A DNA stretch of 51,486 bases from Spirogloea muscicola (GCA_009602725.1 WELB01000027.1:768288-819773), one strand, 5' to 3'; positions 1 to 19,970 are shown, counted from the first letter of the stretch. Made by a program: numbers and translations. The notes: a model not told the origin generated them from the sequence alone.

Positions 1-543
<543 letters not shown>

Positions 544-779
544 AGCGGAGGTGGTGTGGGGGAGGACATTGGGGCGTCGCAGAGCAGGCGCTGGCCAGGA
601 GGCTCGGCCGGCCCGCCCAAGGCCAGCAACATGGCGGCAGCATCGCCGCCGCAACCGCAGTTCTGTCCAGAAGGCAGAGCCGGGCTTCAGGACCGAAGGG
701 CCCAGTCAATGGCGGAGCTGACGCCGCCGCTCTCTCCGCAGTAACTCTTAGCTCACTCTCGACCTTCTGGAGCTCTGCC

Positions 780-3426
780 ATGGACAATGGGCCCCAGCGG
801 CGGCCGCCCACAGTGGCGGCAATGCCACTTCTACGTGAAGGAATGCTGCCGCTGCCCTGCCGGCCAGCTGCGTTCTGGCAAGCTGGCGATGGCGCCCAGA
901 ACGCCCGCCAAGGTCATCGCCACCGTCGGCGGCGCCCACAGAGCGGCCGCTCGCCAGAGGTGCTGCCGGTGGCCCTCGTGACGGCGGGCTCTCCGGCGGC
1001 GGCGGCGAAGGCTGCGCGCGCCGCCGCGGCAGCTGCAGCCGCTGGCGGTGCCGGCGGCGGGCCAGTGTGGGCTGAGAACTTTGTGTCCGGGGCAGCCGCG
1101 TCGCTCCTCTCCAAGCTCATCCTGCAGCCGTTCGACACGACCAAGACTGTACTGCAGGTCGCCTCCTGCCACTGCCGCCGCCGCCTCTGTTGATTTGAAA
1201 ACCAATTATGATAATTAGTGGTATCTGCATAATCGTATCATGAATGCACTGAAATATCCTCAAATTTGTGGTGTTTGCATGACAGTGTTATGAATGTACT
1301 TCAGCATGAAATGTCTTCAAATTCATGGCACTACATTATCAGGCTTCAGACTTGGTGTCACGCAGATTGATCCTACTGCAAGTTACTGACATGGGCTGCC
1401 AGCTCCGAGGCCTGTCGCTGAAGCTGGAATGCCAGTTTTGCTTGTGGGTCTGGACCGTGCTGCTCAGGCGGCAGCACCAGCGGGTGGCGGCTACGCCCAC
1501 CTCGGTGATGCGCTCGTGGGCCTGGCAAGGGCGGCTCCTGGCGGCGGCGCTCTCTACCGTGGCCTCGCTGCCTCGGTTGTCGTGTCTGCTCCGTCGTCGG
1601 CCGTCTTCTTCACGGCATACGAGGCCGTCAAGCGCGGCGCCGAGCGCCTCGCGGAGCAGCACCCCAGCGCCGCTGCCCTTGGCCCGCTCGCGCCGCTGCT
1701 CGGCGCCGCACTCGGAAACGTCGTGTCCTCGGTCGTCCGCGTTCCGCCCGAGGTCGTCAAGCAGCGGGTGCAGACCGGCATGTACAGGTACCCGCCAGCT
1801 TCACTGAGCAGCTGACGCTGTGCCCTGACCATGACCTTGCACCTAGAAGTAGTTGTAATGTGACCCCTTCACGCAAAGTGAACAACAAATGAGAAAACAA
1901 CTTTGCTTATTGTTCTGCTTCATATGCCAATAAGGTGCAGTCTTCAGCATCAGGGTCCCCAATATACCTGCACACTCAAGACTATAGCAACTGGACACTG
2001 ATGTAGAGCCCTTACTGCATATTTTCAAGCACTCAGAGCATCCCCCCCTCACTGGGCCCTCACTCCTTCCTTTCTATCGTCCTTAATCCCTCTGCTCTTA
2101 CCCTACCGCCCATATTCTCTCCTTCTATGGCAATCTGCAAAGGGCCCTTCCCTCCCCTCCAGTTGCCAACTCCATTGTGGTCACCAATTCCTGGTCCACA
2201 TTCTATTATCAACAGCAATGTAGAGCTGAGCCCTTCTTGATATAGTAACACAAGTTGAGTCTAGATACAACTCTCTTAGGTACGCTCTCTCTCACTTCTT
2301 GCAAGAAGGTGCCTGTGCCCCACAGGGACATGCTGCACGCTGCGGGGACCATGTGGGCTCAAGAGGGCCTGCCAGGCTTCTATACCGGCTACTCCACCAT
2401 GGTTAGACCAGGGCGCAGGCGCCTCTGTGATTCACTCCTTCCTCCTTCCATGCAATGCCTCAGTAATTCCGTGCATTTTGAGATACAATTGTGCTTCGAG
2501 AATTGCAGTGTGAACTGTGGTCGCTCCATCTGTGTGGTCTTTGTCATGCAAGAGTTGATTGGTATCACTTGTTTCAGGTGGCCCGGGACATCCCATATGC
2601 CGCCATCCAGTTCACGGCCTTCGAGGCCCTCAAGAAACGGCGGCTGCGCCGGCTGCGGCGAGCGGGCAGCGGCACTGGTGGCGATTACAACGCAAGTGGC
2701 GGCTTGAGTCGACGAGCTCACCTCCTCGGCAATCTCTGGATGGGCGCTGTGCGTCGGCCGTCTGAACCATAAACCCTCGTTCACAAACTTGATCCAAGTC
2801 GCACATATTCTTTCTGTGGCCCAATTGTGCTGACAAAATCTGACTGACTCTCAGTTACTAACCCTGCTTTTAGCGTAACACTTTACTGCCAGTCGCAATA
2901 CTAAGAACTGTCTTCTTGCTCCTTGCGTCGTACAGGTCTCTGGTGCACTTGCTGCGGTGCTCACATCGCCGATCGACGTCGTGAAGACGCGTGTAATGAC
3001 ACAACCAGGGCCTGCCACTGCCGCAGCGTTCGCCGCAACCGCCGCCACCACTGCATCAGGCACTGTGCGGCTTGGCATGCGCCAGACCTTTGCTCGCATT
3101 TGGGCTGAGGAGGTGAGCGCGGCAGCCAATGGCCTCCCAGGCTTCTTTGGCTGCAACTCTGAAGCTTCCTCTGCAGCCATCTGTAAATCCCGCTGACCAC
3201 CGTTGCTCCCATGCGGCAATGACAGGGCATAGCTGCATTTGGGCGGGGGCTCGCGCCGCGGCTACTGTACAAGGTACCTGCCTCGGCGGTCTTCCTGGTG
3301 TGCTACGAGGGCATGAAGCGGCTGCTGCGCTCTGCTCGCCTGTCGCGCGAAGCGACGGCTGGCCGCCGTCACCAGCCACAGCCAGTGCTTGCCACCAGTG
3401 GTACTGCCGCTGCTGCTCCTTCGTGA
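780..3426 (+). CDS. Mitochondrial carrier family protein (SAM-carrier-like), 6 exons
   Basis: Three carrier signature motifs PxD/ExxKxR/L (QPFDTTKTVLQ, VPPEVVKQRVQ, SPIDVVKTRVM) plus RDIPYAAIQF. In-frame GT-AG exons at about 780-1157, 1468-1787, 2326-2401, 2578-2748, 2936-3112 and 3226-3426 (TGA). Start codon uncertain. Confidence 0.88.
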
Positions 3427-3989
3427 TTACACCTCAGCTCAATGCCGTCACTCAACCCCAGTGGTCGCTGCTATTGTGATCTGGGACTTGAAACGTTTGC
3501 CCTTGGAGGCCGTCCATAATTACCAATGCCGCCCAATCACCAGCCAGTGGCCGGCGCAAAGAGTTGCCCCGAGGCTCTACCTGTGACTACTGCAGAGTTG
3601 GCTCACAAGGCATCTGAGCATGCAGAACGAGATGGAATGAAAATATACCACCATGAGAGTGACAAGCCCACGACACCAGCATAGGGCTCAGTAGAGCTCT
3701 ACTTTTTGTCTGAGAGACCTCGGCTAGAGAGGCCTCAAAACCTAATACTCAGTACTGCCATTGTTTCGATGTCCTCGTTCCAACAAATCAGAAGCATCCG
3801 GGGGACGCATCATTGCGACTAGTGAGCATTGTCTACTTTCACCGGAAATTGGATATCTCCCCTGGACCAACGAAGATAGGAGCTATCCGTGATAGTTGCA
3901 AGAAGGGGAGGTTGAGGATGACACAGAGGGGAGCTGCGTGGTATGTATGTCAAGTTGGGGCTGGCCTTCCATAGCCAACGTCTCATTTC

Positions 3990-4150
3990 GAAGTGGAGTC
4001 CTAGAGTTTTGGCAGAAAAGCAAGGTCTACATCTTCCACAGTAACGCAACACAGCGAGATGATAGCGAGGTGTAGACTCGTTCTACAGCAAGGAATGGCG
4101 AGTCTGCAGCCACTATCAAAGGCTGTCCAACAGGCTCTCTCGAGCATCTC
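3990..4150 (-). mobile_element. Diverged interspersed repeat, possibly a LINE remnant, homologous to ~29200-29370
   Basis: CAAGGTCTACA..CTTC and GGAATG.CGAGTCTGCAGCCA.TATCA..GGCTGT are shared with 29244-29360; TGCAGAGCCGCAGA is shared between ~4787 and ~29688. Confidence 0.4.
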
Positions 4151-4239
4151 GTGCTTGCTTTTGCTGAAAAGCGTAGACTAAAGAAGTAAACAAAAGTCAC
4201 GACGGCTTGCCTGTGCAACCCATTGATGTACACTAATTG

Positions 4240-4745
4240 ATTTGCCTTTGTACTGCCCTTTGGAGCCTGTCAAAGCAGACTTGCTCAGTCGAGGCGTGAT
4301 TGGAGCCTGCGTACACTACCGGATACGATGGCCTACTATAGCCGCACCAGCAACAGGCACGAACTGTCTCGGGGATGTGTCGCGGTCTCGGGCTCCTCCT
4401 ACACGGCTGCACCTTCCTCACGGAAGCGCAGACTGGGAGGTAAGCCTGGTGGCAGTGCCAAGCCCTACGTGGGGCCACGGGCACAACCATCCATGGCGAC
4501 GGCCTCCTCTGTCCCCGAGGCAGATCGTGCCTGCAACTGGTGCGGCCAAAAGGGCCATCGTATCCGGGATGGTATGCAGGCTCCGAGCCCACCTTGATCG
4601 AGCATGTCAGCTCCAACAGGCCTCAAAGTGCAGTACAAGGGAAAGGGCACACGTGAGCGCCATACAGGCCGGCACCGGAGTGAGATCCAGAAGTTCTGCA
4701 ATGGCCGCCTGGTTCCCGTGTTGAGCCACAACTATCTGTGAGTGC
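4240..4745 (+). mobile_element. Decayed LTR retrotransposon (Copia-like) gag/protease remnant
   Basis: Degenerate zinc knuckle CNWCGQKGHRIRD(G) at ~4530-4575, followed by AWFPC*ATTIC, which resembles a decayed WxxDSGATxH protease motif. Confidence 0.55.
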
Positions 4746-5537
4746 GAAAAATAGTGGCCACTGCATCATGGAGTGCATCTGCAAGCTGCAGAGCCGCAGA
4801 CAGTGCCCCATGTCACCATCAGGTTACGCAAAATGATTCAAGGGGAGGGGAACAAGACTCGCTGCCACAAACCTGAGCCGCTGCACAGCGCACAACCGCC
4901 GTAAGGGCAAGGGTCAGGACCAATGGATAGGACCAACGGAGCGATATTAGAGACGACTTAGGTGGTGGCATGACATGGAGGCTCCGGGAAGCGGTGCATT
5001 GCCACCGCCGTCGCTGGGCTGCTCGTCGGCGAGCCCCAAGCAGCGCACGTGGTGAGCGCCACTGACACCTGGGACACCCGGACACCCACGGCCAGCGGGC
5101 GAGAATCGGTGGAGCCCTCGTCAGGACCAGCTCCTGTGACGGCTGCTCGCTCGTAGCGAGGGCCGAGTGGTCTGTCCGGCCTCTGGCTGGCTCGTGCTCG
5201 ACTCGGCCGAGCTCCCGGGCCAGCGCCGGCGGGAGGCCTGGCGGCGCATTGTCCCGGGCGCCGCCTCCGCGGCGCTGGCGGCAGCTCTGCAGCCTCCGCC
5301 GCCGCTCCCTCCGCGAGGTACGGCACGGCGGTGGCAACTGCGGTGGCGGCGGCGACGACGGCGGCAACTGCGACGTCGATCGCGGAAACGATGGCGGCGG
5401 CGACCGCAGCGGCACTGGCGGCGGCAACTGCGGCGGCTTCAAGGACGGTGGCAGCTACGGCGGCGCCGCCACGGCGGCAGCCACGGTGGCGCCGTCGAGG
5501 TGCCGATCGCAGCGGCAGTGGCAGCGGCGGCGATCGC

Positions 5538-7970
<2,433 letters not shown>

Positions 7971-9111
7971 GCATGACTGGCAGGCCGAGACTGCTGGCAC
8001 AATCATGGGCAGCCATGTTGCTGCAGTGCATCGTTGCACCCCTCACCCGTGGCCTTGGCGGCAGCCACCATCAGCATTATGCTGCATCTTGTAATTACGG
8101 CGGTCGTTGTCCAGGGGCATGGTGGTTCCTGCTGCCCGATTGGTCCCAATTCAGCAGCTGGGTTGGCAGCTGCAACTTTCTCAGTTGGCCCACGCGGTGG
8201 GAGCAGCCACCTCCTCGCTGTTGTGTATTCTGGCGCCTAGCAAGCCGCCTCTATTTTTTGTGTTTGCAAGTTTCCAGAGCTGCTAAAGAGCGGCCACATG
8301 TCAGTAACTTGAATTTGGCCTGGCCTGCTGCACTACTGGTAGCAGGTGCCACTCGCTTGAGCAGAACAGCTCGAATTTCTGTTTATGAACACTCATTGGC
8401 CGTCAACTTAAGATTGGTTTCATGTCTACATTCTCGCGTGCCATGCTGACAATCTTATACGGCGATGTCAGCCGTTACTGGCAGGGTTGCTGATTGAGTT
8501 TCTGGAATCTGGCCACGTACAATAGCCTGCCTGAAAGTAGGGTACTCGAGTGCCAGTTGACCAGAGGAGGAAAAAAACAACCCTAATCTTGAGAGAAACA
8601 TTAGATCCGTAGGTACTAAGACAATACATCACAGGACCAGTTCAGCTGTCATTTCTAAGGACGCAGAAGATGTGTACGCTTGGGATGCTTTAGGACAGCA
8701 TCCAGAAACTGTGCCCTTCTAAACATCCCCCCCCTAAACACCCCCCCCCCCCCTTCCCAATACACTCCTCTTGGGAAAGAGTGTTTATATCTGTGGTCTC
8801 CATATCTTGAANNNNNNNACCCCCCCCCCCCCCCCACCGCCCCCCCGCTTTCTCCACGACCCCTAAAAGTAGCTTAATGAAGACGAGCTTGTCTATGAAG
8901 CGGTGCCGTTACAAAGGCATAAGAACAGATAGGTGATTAAGGGGAGCCAGAAGGGCACCTACTTCAAGCCTGTGAGGCATTGCTGCTCCAAGTATGCAAT
9001 ATTCACACTTCAGATATTACTAGATGGCCCTGCTTCATTGGTCAAGCTCGAGCTGCCTTCTGACAGGTACCTGCTTCTCTACAAGTGCAGGCTGAAGCAC
9101 TAGAACTGCTG

Positions 9112-12885
<3,774 letters not shown>

Positions 12886-12886
12886 N

Positions 12887-15416
12887 GCTCTTTGGCCTCT
12901 GGTACCTCTTCAACATCTTCTTCAACATCTACAACAAGCAGGCGAGTGTTCAACTCTCGCCACTGTCTTTGGTGGAGACGGGCTGCTCTGTAGCAATGCA
13001 GGTCCCACCTGCCACCGAGGAAGGCACTAGGAACGTGGCTTTTGCCGCCACCATCGTTAGGCGCCTCCAGGGATGCAGCATCAGCACTTGTGACACTGTG
13101 GATTGTGGCCAGCTGATGGCAGCTGCCTTGGCCATGTTGCGACGCGCCGTGTGCTGCTTGTTGCAGGTCCTCAAGGCCTTCCCATACCCTGTCACCATCA
13201 CGGCGCTCCAGTTTGCGATCGGCACGGTCGTGGTGCTCGTCATGTGGATCACGGGCCTGTACAAGCGGCCGCAGATCACCCAAGAGCAGGTGGGTCAGAC
13301 CAGACTTAGATGGGACTGCTCGATCAAGCCTCCGCCTTCAGTCATGCTATGGCCACCCAGACTTCGAGCTGCCTTAGGACATGCAGAGCACCTGTCACAC
13401 CATCTGCACAACGGTAGCCTGGGCTATTTTGCTCACATCGACAGAGCCTTCTGGTAATTATCAAGTCCAGCAGAGGGTCCTTCACCATCCAATGAGCTCT
13501 GCTTGTGACGCTTGAAGGTGGTTGCCATCCTTCCGCTGGCCGCAGTCCACACCCTGGGCAACCTGTTCACAAACGTGAGCTTGGGCAAGGTGGCGGTGTC
13601 ATTTACGCATACTATTAAGGCGCTCGAGCCCTTCTTCTCGGTGCTCCTGTCTGCGATGCTGCTGGGCGATGTAAGATGCCCAACTGCCCCCTTTGTGTGA
13701 TCCTCCTCTTTCTAAACGTACCTCAGTGCTTCTTTATCTTGCTAGTCCTCCGAAAAGTCACTGCCTGCTCTGCGTGCTCATTGCAAGTACTGCTGCACCT
13801 TGTATGGCAGTCGCCGCACCCATGGGTCATTGCTTCTCTCCTTCCGATCGTGGGCGGTGTGGCCCTAGCCTCCGCCACAGAAGCTTCATTCAACTGGTGA
13901 ATACGAATGCATACTCTCCTGAAACACTACACCAGTATATTCACAAGCCAAGGCATATCGTTATCTGCAAGTCAAAGAGGCTATTGCATGTGTTGTCATG
14001 CTGTTGTGAAGGATAGAGTAAGATTATCGTACTACATGGTCTGAGCTGTCCAGATCAGTTTCCACGTTGCTTCTGCTGAATGTCACTCATATGAGCACTG
14101 CTTGAAGATGAACCCCACTGGTCTGCTAACACTTGGGGCAGAGCGTAACTGCAGGGCTGGTTTCCTAAGTGCCATGGCCTCCAATCTCACTTTCCAGTCT
14201 CGGAACGTTCTTAGCAAGAAGCTCATGATCAAGAAGGATGTGAGGCGAAGTGCTCAGTTGTCTCATGCACTTGTTCTCCCTATTCACGAACATTTAAGTC
14301 ATGCTTGAGTGTGGCAAATGATTTTTATCGTAGGCATGAGTTGCATTGGCAGTCAGCACTGGGATGTAATTTGGGCATATTTTTAACACCCTTTGTCCTG
14401 AAATATCCTTCTTGTGCAGAAGGATGCACTGGACAATATCAATCTCTTCTCTGTCATCACCATCATGTCCTTCTTCCTCTTGGCTCCTGTTGCTCTCCTG
14501 GTTGAAGGCGTCAAACTAACCCCAGCTTACCTTGAGGCTGCAGTACGAACTTCTCTACGACTCAAACCTGCTCCGGAGCGCCTCTCATGTTTGCATCTTA
14601 CCATTGATTAGCTCGTAGCATATCCTAGTCTTCTGGAAGATTGATGGCTGAGATGGCTGAGATGAACGATGCTGTCGTTGTAACAGGGACTGGATGTGAA
14701 GACAATAATGACGCGAACACTGATAACTGGACTGTGCTTCCATTCCTATCAGCAGGTACTACTACGTCAAGTCAACTGTAACAATGTGGCATGACTTTGT
14801 GCTCTCTGTTTGTAGCACTGACAAAAGTTGGCATTCTTGTAGTGATTATATTTTACATACTGCTGTATATGAAAATTCTTGTCCAATGTTCTGGTCCGGT
14901 AGTGCTGCGCTTCAATGTGAAATAGAAGAACAGCATTCGTCCGTTGAGCTGCGCTTCTTAATGAAACGACATTATGCTTGCTTGTGGCAGGTATCATACA
15001 TGATCCTCCAGAGGGTATCTCCTGTGACTCACTCTGTTGGCAACTGTGTCAAGCGCGTGATTGTCATTGTGACCTCGGTCCTCTTCTTTCGCACACCTGT
15101 CTCCACAATTAATGGGATTGGTAAGTCCACACCTCCGACCCTCTTGGTTGCTTGCTACCACCAACCACTGAGTCTCATGACCTCAATCTAGTGATGAACA
15201 GGAATGATGTTGTTGATCTCAACAGCAGTCATTCAGCTGAGTCAACAGAAGATCTGGACTCGAAGAAGCCTCAAGGCACTTCTCTATCGGGCCTTCACTA
15301 ACATCACAAGTATGTACCTTGCAACAGGTACGGCAGTGGCACTGGCAGGAGTTTTTGCCTACTCACGGGTGAAAGCAGTTCTTAGTCCCCCCAAAGTTGC
15401 ACCTAAAATAGCCTAG
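12887..15416 (+). CDS. PPT: Plastid phosphate translocator (PEP/phosphate translocator-like), 5'-incomplete
   Basis: [94 protein letters not shown] and [16 protein letters not shown]; about 9 exons. Confidence 0.92.
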
Positions 15417-16389
15417 TGCAGCCTACAGCAGCTTACAGCAGCGAACAGTATCTGGAAGTAGCACGGTCCGAAGAATTTGGTACCAGGGCTTAATGTCGAG
15501 CTGCTACTACAGAGTAGGTAATTTGCGACCAGTGTTGGGAAAATTAGCATGTGTGTCCATCCGCTTCAACTCGGATGCTGTAAGCCTGAGTAAGTCAACC
15601 CACACGTGACAAGCAAGACATGTGATTGACGTATCTCTTGCCTGCCTAACAAGGCTTTTACGGGTGGAGCTTATGATTCTCGTTGTCGTTGGAGCCGTGG
15701 CCTTCAGTCCGTTGTTGGCTCTGTGGCAGTCTCGACAGGCCTTCTGTGCTAACCGCATCAAATCGTTGTATTTGTAAACGGTGTAATAGATGTGCTTGAT
15801 TGTGTTGGGAGCCTCTCGGGAGCAGGGCGGGAAGCTCCCGCTTGTTTCCGGCTAAGTTGTGGGGCCGGTAACGGCGGGAGGGGGGTCCCCGGTCGGTGGG
15901 GGGCCGCTAAGAGCCGACCGGGGCCCCCGTTAAGGAGGGGGAAGGGGTGGGGGCAGGTGGAGCCCTCTCCGCACCTCGCGGCGCGCGTGGCGGCGGCAAG
16001 TGCGGGGGGGCCCATCCCCTCCTCCCCTCCTCGGCCCCCTCTCCCCTCAGACCGCCCATCCGCTTACCGTGCGGCTCCCTTCATGGCGCCAACCCCACCC
16101 CTCCATCTCCCCCTGGCGATCGGGCCAGCGCCGCGGTCCTCGACGCTCGCCTCGTCGCCGGCGGCGTTGGCGGCGGCTGCGGCGGCGGCGGCGGCGGCGG
16201 TCGCGGCGCTCGGCGCGGCCCTGGCGGGGGGTTCTGCAATGGCCCACTGCGGAAGCGCAATGAAGTGGAAACGAGGCCCCCGTCGGCTGCCTCACCGTCT
16301 ACGCACCGCGCGCCTTTCTTCGTCTGGGCACATGGTGGACTGGTAGCCGCTACCGCCGCACCGCCGTCGGCAGGGGGTCAGGGCCGCGC

Positions 16390-17043
16390 AAACTGCTGAC
16401 CTGCGCGTCCGAGCGCGCTTCGCGGCCGTGGTCGCCAAGGCCGCCTACACCACCGCCGTGCTGCGGCTCCCCGAGGCCGACCTGCGCGGGCGCGCGAGAC
16501 TCCAATCGGCCTCCTCCCCGGGGGCAGCGGCGTGGCTTCAGGCCCTCCCCATCAATGACGCCCTCACTCTCCCCGATGAGGTCTTTCGCACTGCCGTCCA
16601 CCGGCTCCTGGGACTGCCGCCTCCATGTCTCCAGGGCGTGCGTCAGTGTGTATGCGGCGAGCGAGGGGCCGAGTCTGGGGAACTGGCCGCTCATGTTCTG
16701 CGCTGCGCCCACGGCCGCGAGCGGACAGCGGCCCACGACCGCCTCCGCGATGCGATGTACGGCATCCTGGTGGAGGCTGGCTTCTCGGTGTCAGCGGAGC
16801 ACTCCGGCGTCATGCCGCTTCAGGAAAGGGCCGACGGTCTCCGCGCCCGTTGCGTAGACCTGGTGGCCACCCCACAGGTCGGCGGGCCACGTCTTCTCCT
16901 GGACGTCATGACCACCGACGCATACGACCGCTCACACCCAGCCCAATGTGCCACCAAGGCTGGGTATGCGGTCGCCTGCGCCGCTCGGGCTAAAGAGCTC
17001 AAGTACGCCGACCATCCGCGGGAAGAGTTCTTCCCATTGGCAT
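16390..17043 (+). mobile_element. Non-LTR retrotransposon fragment with restriction-like endonuclease (CRE/R2-type)
   Basis: GAAAWLQALP, RLLGLP, CCHC finger CVCG...HVLRC, AHD, DLV...LLDV, KELKY and FFPLA; broken at 17043. Confidence 0.85.
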
Positions 17044-17044
17044 G

Positions 17045-17850
17045 AAGCTCATACCCAAATGTCCCAGTTGGTCAGAATGCAAGCCTTGGAACTGCCCGGT
17101 ATCCGGCAAGTTTTAGACTTCAAGGATAACGCAGATGATATTGTACCTGCTCGTAGCTCCACTCAGAAAGCTGCTACAAATGCCGACATTTCTATCAGAA
17201 GTTCAGTATATACCAATATCCATTATGCTTAAAGCAGGTGCCTCAAGCATTCTGGTAAGCAGCATATTGGTGGATGCTGAACTTTTGTTAGGTGTATCGG
17301 CGCTAGTAGCAACTTTCTTAGTGGAGCTACCAGCAGGTAAAACACTATCTGCATTATATTTTATCCTAAAACTGGCCGGATATCGGGCATTTCCAAGGTG
17401 TGACCAACTTCCACCTCTCCTCTCTCCAAAGGGTTGCGAGATGAAGAGCTTGGCAAAACTGCAGCATGAGCAATAAGGTTGGCACCATGAGCATACCCGT
17501 CATAGGTGTCCATCTCATCTTCCTCATTTTAGATATCTTGCAGATTGTATTCCTCATCCTCCTGCAAACCATATGCTTTGGAAAGTGCACTTAAGACGAC
17601 TTCAGTCTTGCTTAGCTGTTAAGCTAGAACAAGCTGCTCAGTCAATCTGCCTTGCCATCTGATCATACATACAGTCATGACTATCAGTCGACTTACTGGT
17701 AGATAACACCCTTTCCAAAGCTATCTTGTTTCTCAATGCTACAGGCATCTTGTCAGATAATCTCTTCCAACACTGGTGTTCTACATGCCTGGGTCTAGAA
17801 CAGAATGCACACCTAGCACCAGTGGTCTGATGCAAAGACGTGCAAACGTT
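17045..17850 (-). mobile_element. Decayed Copia-like gag region
   Basis: Exact CX2CX4HX4C knuckle CAFCSRPRHVEHQCWK at ~17765-17812 on the minus strand, followed by an acidic tail; contains stop codons. Confidence 0.6.
17066..17410. repeat. Imperfect inverted repeat (hairpin)
   Basis: Arm 17084-17219 is the reverse complement of 17264-17398, e.g. TACCTGCTCGTAGCTCCACTCAGAAAG versus CTTTCTTAGTGGAGCTACCAGCAGGTA. Confidence 0.9.
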
Positions 17851-18919
17851 TTTGAGATGGCCTTTTCATTACCACACCCATGACAATCTATGACTGGCCG
17901 AGCAAATAAGTCTCTGCTGAACGCGCAACACCCAAGCACTCAATTTAAGTCCTGGAAATGACTTTAGACCAAGCGGTCCCGAACCAATAGATATACCTGG
18001 TCCGTAACCAATTGAAAGTAAATCGAAGCGGAACAAGGGCCAAGCCCAGCCTGTCTAATTCGAGTCGGGAGCCAAGCCCAGCCTATTTACTTCAGATCGG
18101 GCGCCAAGCTCAGCTTCGGATTGGGTGTCCAAGCAAAGATGCCGTATGCACTCTTGCAAGGAACAGAAAGGTGCTGCATGTATGCAGCACCGTCAGAGCA
18201 AAGCAAGGCAATGCTTGTCAATTGCTCTCACGATACACAAGGTCATGGTCCTTTGTGGCATACCGAGTGTGGTCCGTTCTTACATGCCAGGCGCCGGTAG
18301 CTTCTTGGAGGTACGGCTCTCTAGCGGCTACTGCGCTTGACACCTGTGCCCACGCCTTCTTGGCGAGACACTGAACGCGCGCGCTACGCTCACTTTTGTA
18401 ACAGCAGCGCGGCGGCGGCGGCAGCGGCGGCAGGAAGGAAGTTGGAAGTGGGCCACTTGGCTCATCTGATCCCCCAGGCCTCTTGGCCAGTGTGACCATA
18501 AGACACTCCTACCTCTTACCTGCCATTTCCCCACCACTGCCTAGCTAATTTCCCAGGGCTTGTCGAGGTAAATCACACCTTTCGACGCGCTTTCGTGGGA
18601 TCTTTCGGGAGTTGAGCGGCAATTGAAGCGAGCTGGGCGGCAATTGAAATCCGAGCGCTGACGCCATGCAAGACTGGCACTAGAGTGAGTCCAAACGAGA
18701 CTTGGGCGGTAGACTTGACATCTTTCCTGACCTAAACGGGGTGGAGGTCCCGCGCTCACGACTCTCATCAAACCAAGCTGACAGATGACCTGTCTCCAGG
18801 ATCCACGTGCGAAGCCACCTCCGCATGTCTTGTCAGCACCGACACCGAAATCGTTCACCGACGTGACGGTGCACAACAGCATCCCGTCTCTTCTGCACAC
18901 ACCGTGGAGCTAACCAAAT

Positions 18920-19420
18920 AAAGAAACAGCTCTTCCAGTGTCAGGCAATGGCTGTGAGAGGCCAGCCCAAACATTGACGATAGTCTGAGAAGGCGGAAGG
19001 TGCAGAATATACGAACTTAATCTCCTTAACTTTTTCGAGTGGACGCTCATAGTCTTTCTAATCGGCAATAGCAGAATCAGCTTAGCAAGAGGGCAAAGAA
19101 GTGTCGCCCTGTTGGACCTGGAGGCAGCAGCCAAGGCGCGGCCTGCCCGCAAGTGGATGGGCAATGCTGCAGCAAATGCCAAGGAATGCTGCAGGAAAAG
19201 GTATCGTGTATTTGAAACAAATGAAGGCCATAAAGGCCAAGTACGACGCAAGCACATCTTGACATCACCCACAGCAGATTGACCCGAGTAACCACGGGTC
19301 AATACATGTAGGTCGCTAATCGATGCCTAAATATTAGATGGCAGATTCGAAGCCCTTCTACCACCAACTAGAGCTGGCCCAGCTTTCTGGTGCAAAGCAT
19401 TAGCCTGAGCACCCTGCAGA
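18920..19420 (-). mobile_element. Two head-to-tail 3' fragments of the RLE non-LTR family (subfamily A then B)
   Basis: AQANALHQKAG...SDLHVLTRGY plus the A-type 3'UTR, then HLRAGRALAAASR and the terminal motif TTTGGGCTGGCCTCTCACAGCC. Confidence 0.8.
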
Positions 19421-19499
19421 AAGGCCGAGGAGATGGCAGGGAGATGGCATGGCCCATCATGTACACCCGAGCAAGCTAGCCCGACCTTGATAAAGTCCG

Positions 19500-19970
19500 T
19501 CATGCCTACTCATACGGGGGCTGGAGGTTGTCTCCGTGCGCGGCATGCTGACCTCGTCGCCATAACGCCTGAAGGGGTCTCCGCATCATCGTAGACGTCG
19601 TGACTACTGATTCCGTCGAGTCCGCCAACACCACCAATCGGCGGCGGAGGCAGGGCACGCGGTTGGCAAGGCTGCTGGTGGTAAAAGAGCGCTTGTACGC
19701 GGACCACCCTGCTGGCAGCGTTAAAGGGGGGCTGGCATTGGAAACAGCTCTTCCATATTGACAACAATGACCAGAGGCTATTGAGCACCCACTCGCTGAC
19801 GTCTTGGAGACTGTATTCTGCTTTTTGCGCCCTCCGCCTCTTTCAGACCTTGTCCAATTCCTTGGGCTGGCCACAGCTATGCACGTGGCTACAGCGACTG
19901 GGGATCCAAGGAAGCGCGTCCAATTGAGAGCAGGGGCTGTGAGAGGCCAGCCCAAAGAATGGAAAATTTT
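19500..19970 (+). mobile_element. RLE non-LTR fragments, ending with an inverted 3' terminus at ~19905-19965
   Basis: RARHADLVA...IIVDVVTTD...KERLYADHP, then MTRGY* and GACCTTGTCCAATTCCTTGGGCTGG. Confidence 0.7.

Noticed and set aside
15792..16346. GC-rich ORFs downstream of PPT
   Set aside because: Low-complexity Ala/Gly/Pro/Arg translations with no recognisable domain or splice structure.
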